In this document: positions 9,747 through 19,360 of the stretch, in pieces
How positions within the stretch are numbered: the stretch's first letter is position 1
Layout of the letters: each line of letters starts with the position of its first letter
Assembly (NCBI GenBank): GCA_963727505.1
Contig: CAVSGP010000005.1
Coordinates: 64,001 to 128,000 of the forward strand
Length of the DNA: 64,000 bases
Direction of reading: 5' to 3'
Source of the DNA: an uncultured Trueperaceae bacterium
GTDB lineage: Bacteria; Deinococcota; Deinococci; Deinococcales; Trueperaceae
Program-made: the position numbers and the translations under genes
The notes under the pieces: generated by a model
Database searches by the model: none
Seen by the model: only the letters and a program-made list of their open reading frames with translations
Told to the model about the DNA's origin: nothing

Positions 9747-10976
9747 GTGACGCATCGAGCACGCAAGTACGACCTCTACAGCCAGGACTTCAAGCGGGAC
9801 GCCTACCGGACCTTCGCGGAGCTCCGTGACCGGGAGCCGGTGCTCCACCAGCTCACGCTCGACGCCAGCACCGAAGGCTGGTTCGTCAGCCGTTACGCTG
9901 ACGTCGAGGCGGCCCTGCGTGACGACAAGCGCCTGGTACGCGACCCTGCACGGGCCGGCGTCGCGTTCCCGACGTCGCCGCTCGACGACCTCCTGAACAA
10001 CCACATGCTCACCCGGGACGGCGAGGACCATCGCCGGCTGCGCGCTCTGGTGCAGCAGGCCTTCACGCCGAAACGGGTGGCGGCGTTGCGCCCGCGCGTG
10101 CAGGCGCTCGCCGACAACCTCATCGACGGGTTGGTCGAGCGCGGCAGCATGGACCTGATCGGCGCCTTCGCCTTCCCGCTGCCGACGTCGGTGATCCTGG
10201 AGATGCTGGGCGTTCCGACGGCAGACCGCGACCGCTTCCGCTCCTGGTCCAACGCCCTCATCACGCCCGTGCTGGACGCCGCCAGCGGCCAGGAGGCGTT
10301 CGAGCTGCTGACGCAGTTCACGGACTACCTCCGGGGGCTCTTCGAGGCGCGCCGCCGCGAGCCGCAGGACGACCTGCTGAGCGCGCTGCTGGCCGCCGAG
10401 GAGGCCGGCGACAAGCTCAGCGAGGGCGAGCTCTTCAGCACCATGGTGCTGCTCATCGTGGCCGGGCACGAGACCACCGTCAACCTCATCGCCAACAGCG
10501 TGCTCGCCCTGCACCGCAACCCCGAGCAGCGCGCCCGGCTCGAGGACGCGCTGGTCGCCGGCGACCCGCAGGCCATGCCGCGCGCGGTGGAGGAATTGCT
10601 GCGCTACGACGGTTCGGTGGAGCGCGCGTTGGTGCGTTGGGCGGCGGAGGACGTCGAGATCGCGGGTCACCGCATCCCCCGGGGCGACGGCGTCATCCTC
10701 ATCCTGGGCTCGGCAAACCACGACCCTGAACGCTTCGACGCGCCGCAGCGTCTCGACCTGGAGCGCGATGCCAGGGCGCACCTCGGGTTCGGGAAGGGGC
10801 CTCACTACTGCCTCGGTGCGCCGCTGGCACGGCTCGAGGCGGACGTGGCCCTGACCACGCTGCTGCGTCGCCTGCCGGGCCTGCGCGTGACGGTTCCGAC
10901 CGGCGAGTTGCGCTACCGGCCGCTGCCGATGTTCAAGGCCTTGGAGGAACTGCCGGTGGCCTGGGACGTCGGCTAG
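9747..10976 (+). CDS. Cytochrome P450 (CYP107-like)
   Basis: I-helix 'AGHETT', ExxR 'EELLR', heme motif 'FGKGPHYCLGA'; GTG start after GAGGAG. Confidence 0.95.
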   Translation: MTHRARKYDLYSQDFKRDAYRTFAELRDREPVLHQLTLDASTEGWFVSRYADVEAALRDDKRLVRDPARAGVAFPTSPLDDLLNNHMLTRDGEDHRRLRALVQQAFTPKRVAALRPRVQALADNLIDGLVERGSMDLIGAFAFPLPTSVILEMLGVPTADRDRFRSWSNALITPVLDAASGQEAFELLTQFTDYLRGLFEARRREPQDDLLSALLAAEEAGDKLSEGELFSTMVLLIVAGHETTVNLIANSVLALHRNPEQRARLEDALVAGDPQAMPRAVEELLRYDGSVERALVRWAAEDVEIAGHRIPRGDGVILILGSANHDPERFDAPQRLDLERDARAHLGFGKGPHYCLGAPLARLEADVALTTLLRRLPGLRVTVPTGELRYRPLPMFKALEELPVAWDVG

Positions 10977-11011
10977 CGTCCTGCGTGTCCGCCCCGACGG
11001 CGGACGTCGGG

Positions 11012-11017
11012 TAGCCT
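11012..11017 (+). promoter_or_regulatory. Putative -10 element (TAGCCT) of a leaderless gene
   Basis: TANNNT 6 nt upstream of GTG 11024; no Shine-Dalgarno in between. Confidence 0.55.
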
Positions 11018-11023
11018 GAGCCG

Positions 11024-11830
11024 GTGATCGACCTGCACACGCACCACCAACGCTGCGGCCACGCCGAGGGCACCCTCGAGGACATGGCGCGCGCCGCCCA
11101 CGCCGCAGGCGTGACGGTCTTCGGCTGGAGCGACCATGCGCCGCTCTTCGCCGAGGCCGACGACCATCCCAAGCCGGGCATCCAGATGGCGCGTTCCCAG
11201 TGGGACGGCTACCTCTCCGAGGCCGAGGACTTGCGCGCCCGCCTGGCACGTGAGTTCCCCGGCTTCGACCTGCGCATCGGCGTGGAGGCGGACTACCTCC
11301 CCGGCACCGAGGCAACCTACCGGGACGCCCTCGACCGCGAGGCGCTCGACTACGTGCTGGGCTCGGTGCACGAGGTCGGCCCGTGGCACATCTACAAGCC
11401 CGCCACGTTCGCCGACATCGAGGACGTCGACGCCTTCCACCGCGGCTACTGGCGCGCGTTGCGCGGCGCGGCGCAGAGCGGGTTGTTCGACGTGCTCTCG
11501 CATCTCGACGCCATCAAGGCGATGGCGCCACGGGCCGAGAGCGACATGGAGGGCGAGATCACCGCGACCCTCGATTGCATCGCCGACAGCGGCGTGGCCG
11601 TGGAGATCAACGGCTCCGGGCTCAGCAAGGCCGGGGAGCTCTTTCCCGGTCCGGCGCTCGTAGAGGCGCTGGTGCAGCGCGACGTCCCCATCACGCTGGG
11701 CTCCGATGCACACCGTGCGACGGAGGTCGGGCGCGGCTTCCGCGAGGCCCGTGCGTTGTTCGGGCGGCTTGGGCGCGACCGGGTGATCACCTTCCGACGG
11801 CGGGAGCCGGTCTGGGTGGACCTCCCCTAG
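11024..11830 (+). CDS. hisJ: Histidinol-phosphatase, PHP (HisJ/HisK) family
   Basis: 'DLHTHH..CGHA', 'SDH', 'GVEADY', 'GSVH', 'HLD', 'GSDAH'. Confidence 0.85.
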   Translation: MIDLHTHHQRCGHAEGTLEDMARAAHAAGVTVFGWSDHAPLFAEADDHPKPGIQMARSQWDGYLSEAEDLRARLAREFPGFDLRIGVEADYLPGTEATYRDALDREALDYVLGSVHEVGPWHIYKPATFADIEDVDAFHRGYWRALRGAAQSGLFDVLSHLDAIKAMAPRAESDMEGEITATLDCIADSGVAVEINGSGLSKAGELFPGPALVEALVQRDVPITLGSDAHRATEVGRGFREARALFGRLGRDRVITFRRREPVWVDLP

Positions 11831-11943
11831 GGCTCGCGCGTCGGTACCCTTTCCCGCGCCGCGGGCCGTTGCGCATAATGGCGGCACCCCGCGTGCCCGG
11901 CCGCGCGAGGCGGCGGCGTGCGGGGCGAGAGGGGGAGGGGACG

Positions 11944-12798
11944 ATGGACGAGAGAGTCCTGGGGGGCTTGGGCTGGACGCGCGACCTGCCCGACGTGCGC
12001 GATTACGACGTCGACACGCCCGAGGTCGAGGCCGTGCTGGCGGGCTCGAAGCCGTTGAAGAAGGCGCGCAAGGGCGTTCCCGCCAGCGTGGATCTGCGCG
12101 CCGCCTGCACGCCGATCGAGGACCAGGGGTCGCTCGGCGCGTGCACCGCGAACGCCGGCGTTGGCCTGCTGGAGTACTTCGAGCGGCGTGCGCACGGCAA
12201 GTACCTGGACGGCTCGCGCCTGTTCCTCTACAAGGCGACGCGCAACCTGCTCGGCTGGAAGGGCGACCAGGGCGCCTACCTGCGAAGCACCATGAAGGCG
12301 ATGGCGCTGTTCGGGGTACCGCCGGAGGACGTGCGACCGTATGACGTCGCGGCGTTCGACGACGAGCCGCCCGCGTTCTGCTACGCCTTCGCCCAGAACT
12401 TCAAGGCCATCCGCTACTACCGGCTCGATCCTGCCGGCACGCCCGGGAAGGACGTGCTGAGCGCGGTGAAGCGCAATCTGGCCGCGGGCTTGCCGTCGAT
12501 GTTCGGCTTCACCGTCTACAGCTCCATGCCCGGCATCGGTGAGGGCTCGGGTGACATCCCCTACCCCCAGCCCGGCGAGGCCGTGAAGGGCGGGCACGCC
12601 GTCGTCGTCGTCGGATACGACGACGCGCGCACGATTCATGACGAGGAGGGAGCGCTCCTCATCCGGAACTCCTGGGGCGTCGGCTGGGGCGAGAAAGGCT
12701 ACGGCTGGTTGCCCTACCGTTACGTGGTCGATCAGGTCGCCGTCGACTTCTGGTCGCTGGTGCAGGCCGACTTCGTCGACACCGAGCTGTTCCGCTGA
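11944..12798 (+). CDS. C1 (papain-like) cysteine peptidase, no signal peptide
   Basis: 'DQGSLGACTA' (Gln/Cys), 'GGHAV' (His), 'IRNSWG' (Asn). Confidence 0.92.
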   Translation: MDERVLGGLGWTRDLPDVRDYDVDTPEVEAVLAGSKPLKKARKGVPASVDLRAACTPIEDQGSLGACTANAGVGLLEYFERRAHGKYLDGSRLFLYKATRNLLGWKGDQGAYLRSTMKAMALFGVPPEDVRPYDVAAFDDEPPAFCYAFAQNFKAIRYYRLDPAGTPGKDVLSAVKRNLAAGLPSMFGFTVYSSMPGIGEGSGDIPYPQPGEAVKGGHAVVVVGYDDARTIHDEEGALLIRNSWGVGWGEKGYGWLPYRYVVDQVAVDFWSLVQADFVDTELFR

Positions 12799-12854
12799 CG
12801 GGCTCGCCGCGTGAGCTGCGCGGCGAGCCCGTCACGACGTGCGACAGACGACGT

Positions 12855-14153
12855 TCAGGACTCGGTTCCGCCGACCGTGGCCAGTCGCTCGCGCGCCCGG
12901 CGGATGTCCCCGCGGTGCGGGCGAAGGCTGAGAGTGGCGATCAGCCCGAGGACGCCCAGCGTGAACAGGCCGGTGCGGACGCCCAGGTGCCCGGCGAGCT
13001 GGGTCGTGAGCAGCGCCCCGAAGGGGATGAACCCGGCGAAGACCAGCATGTAGACGCTCATGGCGCGCCCGCGAAGCGCGTCGGGCACCATGAGCTGGAC
13101 GGTGGCCTGGGCGTTGACCATGGTCAGGATCATCCCCAGGCCGCACGCGACGAGCACCAGAGCCGCCGTCCACAGGTTGGGCGTGACCGTGAACACCAGG
13201 AACGACACCCCCAACACCAGCACCCCCCGGCGCATCAGCATGAGGCGAGCTTCGTCGGGGAAGGCGGCGTTGATGATGAAGGCGACGAAGGCGCCGATGC
13301 CGAGGCTGGAGAGCAGCAGGCCCAGGCTGCCGACCGTGCCGTGCAACGCCTGGCGGGCGAACAGCGGCACGATGGTCTGGAAGTTGATGATGGTGAGCGA
13401 CAGTGCGCCCACCAGCAGCGTGGCGATGCGCACCTCCGGGGTGCGCCAGGTGAAGCTCAGGCCCTCCCGGATCTCGCTCAGGATGTGATGGGGCACGATG
13501 GTGCGGTTCGGTAGGGGAGCCAGCGCCAGCACCACGATCACGCCGAGGTAGGAGGCTGCGTTGACCGCGAAGGCAGGCCCGTAGCGCAGTAAGGAGGTGC
13601 TCCCCAGCAGGTGGCCGAACAGGCCGATGGCGCCGGCCGCCACCACCGGTCCCAGCAAACGCGCCAGGTTGAACGACAGCGAGTTGAGGGCGACGGCGTT
13701 GCGCACGTCGTCGCGCGGTACCAGGTCGGGGATGAGGCTCTGGCGCGCCGGCGTGTCGAAGGTTCCGGCGACGCCGTTGAACGCCGCCAGCACCAGCAGC
13801 CAGCCGTACGTCAGGGCGCCCGTCAGGGTCAGCACAGCCATGGTCGCCGCCGACAGCGCCAGTGCGCTCTGGGTGGTCAGCAACACGTGCTTGCGCGAGC
13901 GGGCATCGATCACCACCCCCGCGAACAGGCCCAGCGCGAGCGTCGGCGCGAACTGGATGGCCCCCACGTAGCCGAACTTGAGCGCGGCCTCCGTGGGGTC
14001 GGGGATCAGGTCGAACACCAGCCAGGACTGCGCGGTGATCTGCATCCACGAGCCGACGACGCTGGCCAGCTGGGCCAGCCAGTAATGGCGGAAGAAGCGG
14101 TGCCTCAGCGCGTCCAGCGAGCGCGGGAAACGGCCGATGATGGGACGCGCCAT
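12855..14153 (-). CDS. MFS transporter (MFS_3/DUF894-like)
   Basis: About 12 TM; 'GSWMQITAQSWLV', 'PARQSLIPDLV', 'NAVALNS', 'LRGRAMS'. Confidence 0.9.
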   Translation of the reverse strand: MARPIIGRFPRSLDALRHRFFRHYWLAQLASVVGSWMQITAQSWLVFDLIPDPTEAALKFGYVGAIQFAPTLALGLFAGVVIDARSRKHVLLTTQSALALSAATMAVLTLTGALTYGWLLVLAAFNGVAGTFDTPARQSLIPDLVPRDDVRNAVALNSLSFNLARLLGPVVAAGAIGLFGHLLGSTSLLRYGPAFAVNAASYLGVIVVLALAPLPNRTIVPHHILSEIREGLSFTWRTPEVRIATLLVGALSLTIINFQTIVPLFARQALHGTVGSLGLLLSSLGIGAFVAFIINAAFPDEARLMLMRRGVLVLGVSFLVFTVTPNLWTAALVLVACGLGMILTMVNAQATVQLMVPDALRGRAMSVYMLVFAGFIPFGALLTTQLAGHLGVRTGLFTLGVLGLIATLSLRPHRGDIRRARERLATVGGTES

Positions 14154-14282
14154 GGCCGCCCAGCATACTTCCGATCGGTAACGACAGGGGTGTTCTACAC
14201 GCGCTCACGGGGTGCGCCCGTCGCCCCCCCGAGCCCGTCGGCCCGAAGGCAGGAACCGGGGCGGGCGCGCCGCAGACGGGGT

Positions 14283-14326
14283 TGTAAGGATTCTGTAAGA
14301 ATCCCGTGAGGTCACACTCTTATCCT
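14283..14326 (+). promoter_or_regulatory. Pilin-cluster promoter region with 11-bp-period direct repeats, an overlapping inverted repeat and a TATCCT -10 candidate
   Basis: TGTAAG (14283), TGTAAG (14294), CGTGAG (14305); GGATTCT-gta-AGAATCC (14288-14304); TATCCT 14321-14326; locally AT-rich. Confidence 0.5.
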
Positions 14327-14336
14327 GGTTACACCC

Positions 14337-14825
14337 ATGAACCGGCCTCGTCCCCAGCCTCATGTACGCCGGCGCGTCGCCGCCTTCAGCCTCATCGAGC
14401 TCCTCATCATCCTCGCGATCGTGGGCCTGATCGCGGGTGTCGTCGCCGTGAGCGGCCGGCGGGTACTGGCGGGGCAGGAGGAGAAGGCGGCCCTCACCTC
14501 GGTCCAACAGAGCGTCTGGGAGGGGGCGACCGCCGCCGCGGCTCGCGGAACGGACACGGAGCTGGTGCACACCACCTCGGGTCTGGAGGTCCGCGAGGTC
14601 GGCAACGCCACGCCGCTCCGGACGTTCGCGCTCCCCGCCTCCGTGGCGACCAACCTGCCCGCACCGTCGGGATCCACGGGAACCGTGGTGCTGAAGTTCA
14701 CGCCTCCCGGCAGGGTCGACCTCGCGACGCTCCAGAGCCTCCCGGACCCCCTCACGCTGACGGTCAACGGTCACACCTTCAAGCTCCAGATCTCGCTCAT
14801 CGGAGAGGTCAAGGTGACGTCGTGA
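14337..14825 (+). CDS. Type IV minor pilin/pseudopilin (FimT/GspH-like)
   Basis: Class III signal 'A|FSLIELLIILAIVGLIAG' with Glu at +5. Confidence 0.85.
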   Translation: MNRPRPQPHVRRRVAAFSLIELLIILAIVGLIAGVVAVSGRRVLAGQEEKAALTSVQQSVWEGATAAAARGTDTELVHTTSGLEVREVGNATPLRTFALPASVATNLPAPSGSTGTVVLKFTPPGRVDLATLQSLPDPLTLTVNGHTFKLQISLIGEVKVTS

Positions 14826-15298
14826 AGCGCTCCATCGCCGCCCAGGGTCTCACCGTCGTCGAGGTGCTGATCGCGCTGGCCGTCATCGGCGTCGTCACCG
14901 CGGCGTTCACGACGGCGGTGGTGTCCAACCTCCACCACACGTCTGTCACGGGCGCGCGCACCGAGGCGGTGCAGGTGCTCAACTACCTGGGCCGCCGCGC
15001 TGCCGGAGGGGACACCGCCGTCCTGCCCGCGGCCGGTACGCCGAACGTCTGGTCGTACGGCACGCTTTCATCGAGCTTCCCGGACCTCACCAACCAGGGC
15101 GGCCTGGCCGATCCCTCGCGCTACCGGGCGTCGATCACGAATGCCGGCACGGTGACCCTGGCCGGAGCGAACTCGGTGGAATACGACGTGAACGTGTGCT
15201 ACGAGGCCGGCGGCGGCGAGCACTGCGTCCGGGGCACCACCATGGGCCCGGCGCCGTCGTCCGGGGGCGGCACGCCGACGCTCCCCGGGATCTACTAG
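14822..15298 (+). CDS. Type IV minor pilin (PilV-like)
   Basis: 'QG|LTVVEVLIALAVIG'; C-terminal Cys pair 'CYEAGGGEHC'; GTGA overlap. Confidence 0.85.
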   Translation: MKRSIAAQGLTVVEVLIALAVIGVVTAAFTTAVVSNLHHTSVTGARTEAVQVLNYLGRRAAGGDTAVLPAAGTPNVWSYGTLSSSFPDLTNQGGLADPSRYRASITNAGTVTLAGANSVEYDVNVCYEAGGGEHCVRGTTMGPAPSSGGGTPTLPGIY

Positions 15299-15307
15299 GA
15301 GCCTGCG

Positions 15308-16195
15308 ATGCGACGAACCCAAGGTTTCACCCTCCTCGAGACGCTTATCGCGCTCGCCATCTTCGGGCTCATCGCGGTCATGGCGACCACGGGCGTGAGC
15401 GGAGCCTTGCGCGCGCAGAGCCTCAACGAGGCCGTGACGACCTCGCAGTCGCGCCTCCGGCGCGTTACGGAGGTGTTCACGCAGGAGCTCCGGGGCGCCG
15501 TGCTGGGCGGGGTCACCAACGCTCCGTACACTTCGAACGATCACCAGGTGTCCTTCGTCACGCTCATCGGGGGCGCGGGCGACCCGGTCCTCCCCCACGA
15601 CTACGGCAAGAACAAGAGCTTCCCGCACGCCGATAACCTCTTTCTCCTGTGGGGGCAGGCCAGCGTCGACCCGGCCACGGCTCTCGAGGGCCACCACGTG
15701 CTGATGGTGAACGACAACGGCGAGGCCATCGTCTTCGAGATCACCAACGTGCAGGCGAAGGGCAACGGCTCGTACAACGTGGTGCACGCCGGCTGCGACA
15801 ACACCATCGCCTACACCGGCAGCCGCACCATGACGATGCAGAGCCGTTCGGTCGGGTTCCGGTTCGACGCGGCCACGGGCACGCTCTACATGAAGGAGGG
15901 AGCCAACCCCGAGGTCCCGATGGCCTTCGACCTGGGATCGGTCGGCATCCAGTACGTCTACCTGACCGATTCGGGTACCACGGTCGTGCGCTCCACGCCC
16001 CTGACGAACAGCGCCGGCGAGCCGGTGCGTGTCGGCACGATCGGCGGACAACCCGCGACGTTGCAGCGGATCGGCCTCGTCGTGTCGGCGTCCAGCCGCG
16101 CCAACCGCGGCCAGGTGACGCGCACCGTCAGCGGCCAGGTCGAGATGTCCTCACGGCATAGCTTCTCCATCAACCAGGTGACGATATGCAACTGA
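15308..16195 (+). CDS. Type IV minor pilin (PilW-like)
   Basis: 'QG|FTLLETLIALAIFG'; large globular domain. Confidence 0.85.
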   Translation: MRRTQGFTLLETLIALAIFGLIAVMATTGVSGALRAQSLNEAVTTSQSRLRRVTEVFTQELRGAVLGGVTNAPYTSNDHQVSFVTLIGGAGDPVLPHDYGKNKSFPHADNLFLLWGQASVDPATALEGHHVLMVNDNGEAIVFEITNVQAKGNGSYNVVHAGCDNTIAYTGSRTMTMQSRSVGFRFDAATGTLYMKEGANPEVPMAFDLGSVGIQYVYLTDSGTTVVRSTPLTNSAGEPVRVGTIGGQPATLQRIGLVVSASSRANRGQVTRTVSGQVEMSSRHSFSINQVTICN

Positions 16196-18104
16196 GAGCA
16201 CGCGAACAGGGAATCGCCATGCTGTACGCGTTGCTGCTGCTGGTCGTGGTGATGGGCGTCGCCACGCTGATGTTCGCGCGCACGCTCGGTGAGATCAAGC
16301 ACAGCGGCGACGACGCCGGCATCGTGCAGTCGCTGATGCTGGCGCAAGGCACCGCCAACCTCGGCGGCACCATCCTGCAGCAACCGGTACGCAACACGCT
16401 CCAGACGATCGTTCAGTCGAAGTCGAACACCAGCTCGCAGTGGTCGTTCGGGACCAGCTCGGTCAACGCCGCCTTCCCGGACCCGTCGACGGTCGTGACG
16501 GCGCTGAGCTCCGGCTCTACGAGCGTCGCCGGGACCCTCCAACCCGCAATCAACGCCCTCATCTGCGACAAGCCGGTCGCGCCGAGCAGCGGCGGTAGCG
16601 GGCAGCTCGAGATCTTCGTCACGGACCACGGATGTCCGACCCAGCACGATCCCGCTGGCGCGCCGTTGCCCGCGGGCATCACGTTGCCGGCTCCGCATTT
16701 CGTCGAGGGGCAGCCGCGCAACGGCAGCAACTCGGACACCGAGCAGACCTACGCGCTGCCGTTCGTGCTGATCGCGACCGGCACCGTCGGAGGGTACACG
16801 CGTAACGTCGTCATCCAGGGCGAGTACGACTTCACTGTGGGCCGCCCTAGCTTCGCCAAGTACGCGCTGTTCACAAACGTGCACGAGCTCCCCAACCACG
16901 GCGGCGACGTGTGGTTCACCGACAACACGCTGTTCGACGGCCCCGTGCACACCAACCAGTACTTCCGCTTCTATCACAAGCCCTGGTTCGGCGGCGAGGT
17001 CACCAGCGCGGGGTGTGCGAACCCGGGCGCCACCAGCTGCAACGGCAACCCCACCAGGATCGGCGCCGAGTTCTACGACGAAGGCTTCGTGAACGATCCC
17101 GGTCCGACGCCGTCGTACTCGAACGGCTACGGCACGCACGCCCCGCAGCTCACGGCCGGCGTCGACTGGAGCAGCGCCTACGTGCAGCTCCCGCAGCAGT
17201 CGAACGACCAGAGAGCGCCGCCCAGAACGGAGGGCTCTACTTCGGAAGCGACGTGAGCTCGCTGCAGATGTGGGCGGCCGACGGTAACGGCGACCCGCTG
17301 ACCAAGGACGCCAGCGGCAACTGGGGACCCGCGGCGACGTACCAGTACATCCAGGCGTGCACGACGAGTGGAAACCGCTGGCGCCCGCGCACCACGTGCA
17401 CGACCTATCGCTACGACAGCAACAACGTGCTCTACGTGCAGAAGAACGGGAGCTGGCAGCAGGATCAGGCCGCCTTCAACGGTGTCATCTACGCCAACGG
17501 CTCCATCGACCGGCTCACGGGCCCGTCCCGCACGCCCTCGTACAGTTCCGACCCGAGCGACGCGCCGCCCGCGCTCGCCTCCTTCGCGCAGGTCACGGTG
17601 GCCTCGGAGAACACCACCACCATCACCGGCGACCTGACCTACGAGAACCAGCCCTGCCAGGGCGAGCTGCACCGCGACAGCAACGGGCAGGCGGTCCAGG
17701 CGACCTGCAACAACCTCGGCGCTTCGAACGTGCTCGGCGTCTACGCCCAGAATGGCAGCGTCTACATCGGCAACGCCAACGGCGGCAGCTACGACGCCCC
17801 CGAGAACGTGAAGATCGACGGCGTGCTCATGAGCGCGAAGGGCACGGTCAGCGTCGAGAACTACGCCTACGGCGCGCCGCGCGGCGACGTCCACCTCCTC
17901 GGCGGCGTCATCGAGTACGACTACGGCGCCTTCGGGACCTTCAATCCCAACACCGGCAACGACGTGTCGGGCTACAGCCGCAAGTTCACCTACGACCCGC
18001 GCATGGGCAAGGGCCTGGCGCCGCCCCACTTCCCCACGGTCGGCGGCGACGAGGTCCAGAAGGTGGCGCTGTTCACCTACGGCCAGCGCGAGCAGGTCTA
18101 CTGA
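16186..18104 (+). pseudogene. PilX/ComZ-like (DUF4900-type) tip pilin split by an apparent 1-nt deletion near 17212 (pseudogene or sequencing error)
   Basis: N-terminal 'QG|IAMLYALLLL' lacks Glu+5; 'FAKYALFTN', 'FDGPVHTN'. Coding continues in another frame (ESAAQNGGLYF...'GDVHLLGGVIE', 'GYSRKFTYDPRM...PPHFP'). Adding 1 nt gives a 639-aa ORF. Confidence 0.8.
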
Positions 18105-18137
18105 GAACGCGTCTTCTCATCGTCCGAGGCCGGCTTC

Positions 18138-18167
18138 CGGCCCCGCCCCGTTCGCCGGGCGGGGCCG
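18138..18167 (+). terminator. GC-rich hairpin after the pilin cluster
   Basis: CGGCCCCGCCC / GGGCGGGGCCG 11-bp stem, 8-nt loop; no U-tract. Confidence 0.5.
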
Positions 18168-18324
18168 TGATTCGGAGCGAGTCTCCGCTCACGCTACGGT
18201 CACGGGAAGCTCATCCATGTTGCGGGCCTGGACGCCCCGGGGACGCGTCGGGCCCGCGTGCCTGGGCCCGTGTTCGTCGATGCCGCCGGCCCCGTCCAGG
18301 TGGTGGGCATACCTCCCGCCGTAC

Positions 18325-18410
18325 CTGTGAAGAAGCTGTGAACGATGAGCGTTTGTGCCGTCCAGGACGTAACTCATGAGGTTGACAGGGTACCGGTTCG
18401 GTCCTAGGGT
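18325..18410 (+). promoter_or_regulatory. Sigma70-type promoter for the cupredoxin gene with upstream direct repeat
   Basis: TTGACA (18382-18387)-N17-TAGGGT (18405-18410); CTGTGAA at 18325 and 18336; palindrome CTCATGAG 18373-18380. Confidence 0.6.
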
Positions 18411-18513
18411 GCAGAGGTTCCCGAGCGGCGCCCCCGCGGCGCCGGTGGAACCGACGAGCGCCGGAACTCCGGCGCAGCACCTCACCACGACGAGCGAAGG
18501 GAGAGTGCTCGAT

Positions 18514-19092
18514 ATGAACACGCGCAAACGCGATCTCGATACGCCTCGCAAGGGGCGGTTCGCCCGGATCTTCATCGGCCTGGCCGCCTTGATCGGCGTG
18601 ACGCTGGTGGCCGCTCCGTTCGCGCTCGCCGACACCAGCATCCAGGTCGGAAACAACGTCCAGAAGATCACCATCAACGAGAGCGACTATGCTTTCTCGC
18701 CGAACCACCTGACCTTCACGGCAGGGCAGACGGTGCGCATCACGCTGGTCAACAAGTCCACCGACAAGTCGCACGAGTTCCTGATGGGCAAGAACCTCAA
18801 GAAGTGCAAGGACAACTTCGGCAAGACCTACGCCTGCGGTTGGCAGGACCCGCTCATCGCGCAGGACTCGATGGTGATCTACGGCCAGGGGCACGGCATC
18901 GATGAGCTCCAGGTCGACCAGCCCAGCCAGGTGGCGCTGCTCGACAAGGGCGGGACGGTCACCATGCAGTTCACCGTTCCGAAGAATGCCGCCGGCGACT
19001 GGCAGTTCGGGTGCTTCGAGCAGAAGGGCTCGCACTTCACCGACCATGGCATGAAGGGCACCATCACGATCAAGCCTGCGAGCGGCTCGTAG
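18514..19092 (+). CDS. Exported cupredoxin (type I copper protein, CopI/azurin-like)
   Basis: Signal peptide; 'FSPNHLTFTAGQTVRITLVN', 'HEF', 'CFEQKGSHFTDHGMKG' supply His/Cys/His/Met ligands. Alternative GTG start at 18505. Confidence 0.85.
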   Translation: MNTRKRDLDTPRKGRFARIFIGLAALIGVTLVAAPFALADTSIQVGNNVQKITINESDYAFSPNHLTFTAGQTVRITLVNKSTDKSHEFLMGKNLKKCKDNFGKTYACGWQDPLIAQDSMVIYGQGHGIDELQVDQPSQVALLDKGGTVTMQFTVPKNAAGDWQFGCFEQKGSHFTDHGMKGTITIKPASGS

Positions 19093-19138
19093 CCGAGCGC
19101 GTCGTCGGGGGCGTAACGCACCCCCGGCAAAGGCGGGC

Positions 19139-19181
19139 GGGCGCCGCAGCGAGCGGCACCCGCCCGCTTGCTGCGGCGCCC
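19139..19181 (+). terminator. 18-bp stem-loop downstream of the cupredoxin gene
   Basis: GGGCGCCGCAGCGAGCGG pairs with CCGCTTGCTGCGGCGCCC (one G-U); 7-nt loop. Confidence 0.55.
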
Positions 19182-19360
19182 TGAGCGGATAGGCGGCCGT
19201 GACCTGAGCGCGATTGCCGGACGCACGTGCGTCGGGGTCGTCGACCTGCGAACCGTCACGCGGCCCGCATGCGGGCGCCGCTATGCTGAGCCAACGGAGT
19301 CATGGGAGGAGAGGGGGCCGTGAGGCAGGAGGACCGTCTCGGCGGAACGGGAGGTCGGCG

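Noticed and set aside
18310..18323. CsoR-like operator (TAC-C-rich-GTA) upstream of the cupredoxin
   Set aside because: It lacks the G-tract half and proper symmetry, and lies well upstream of the predicted promoter.
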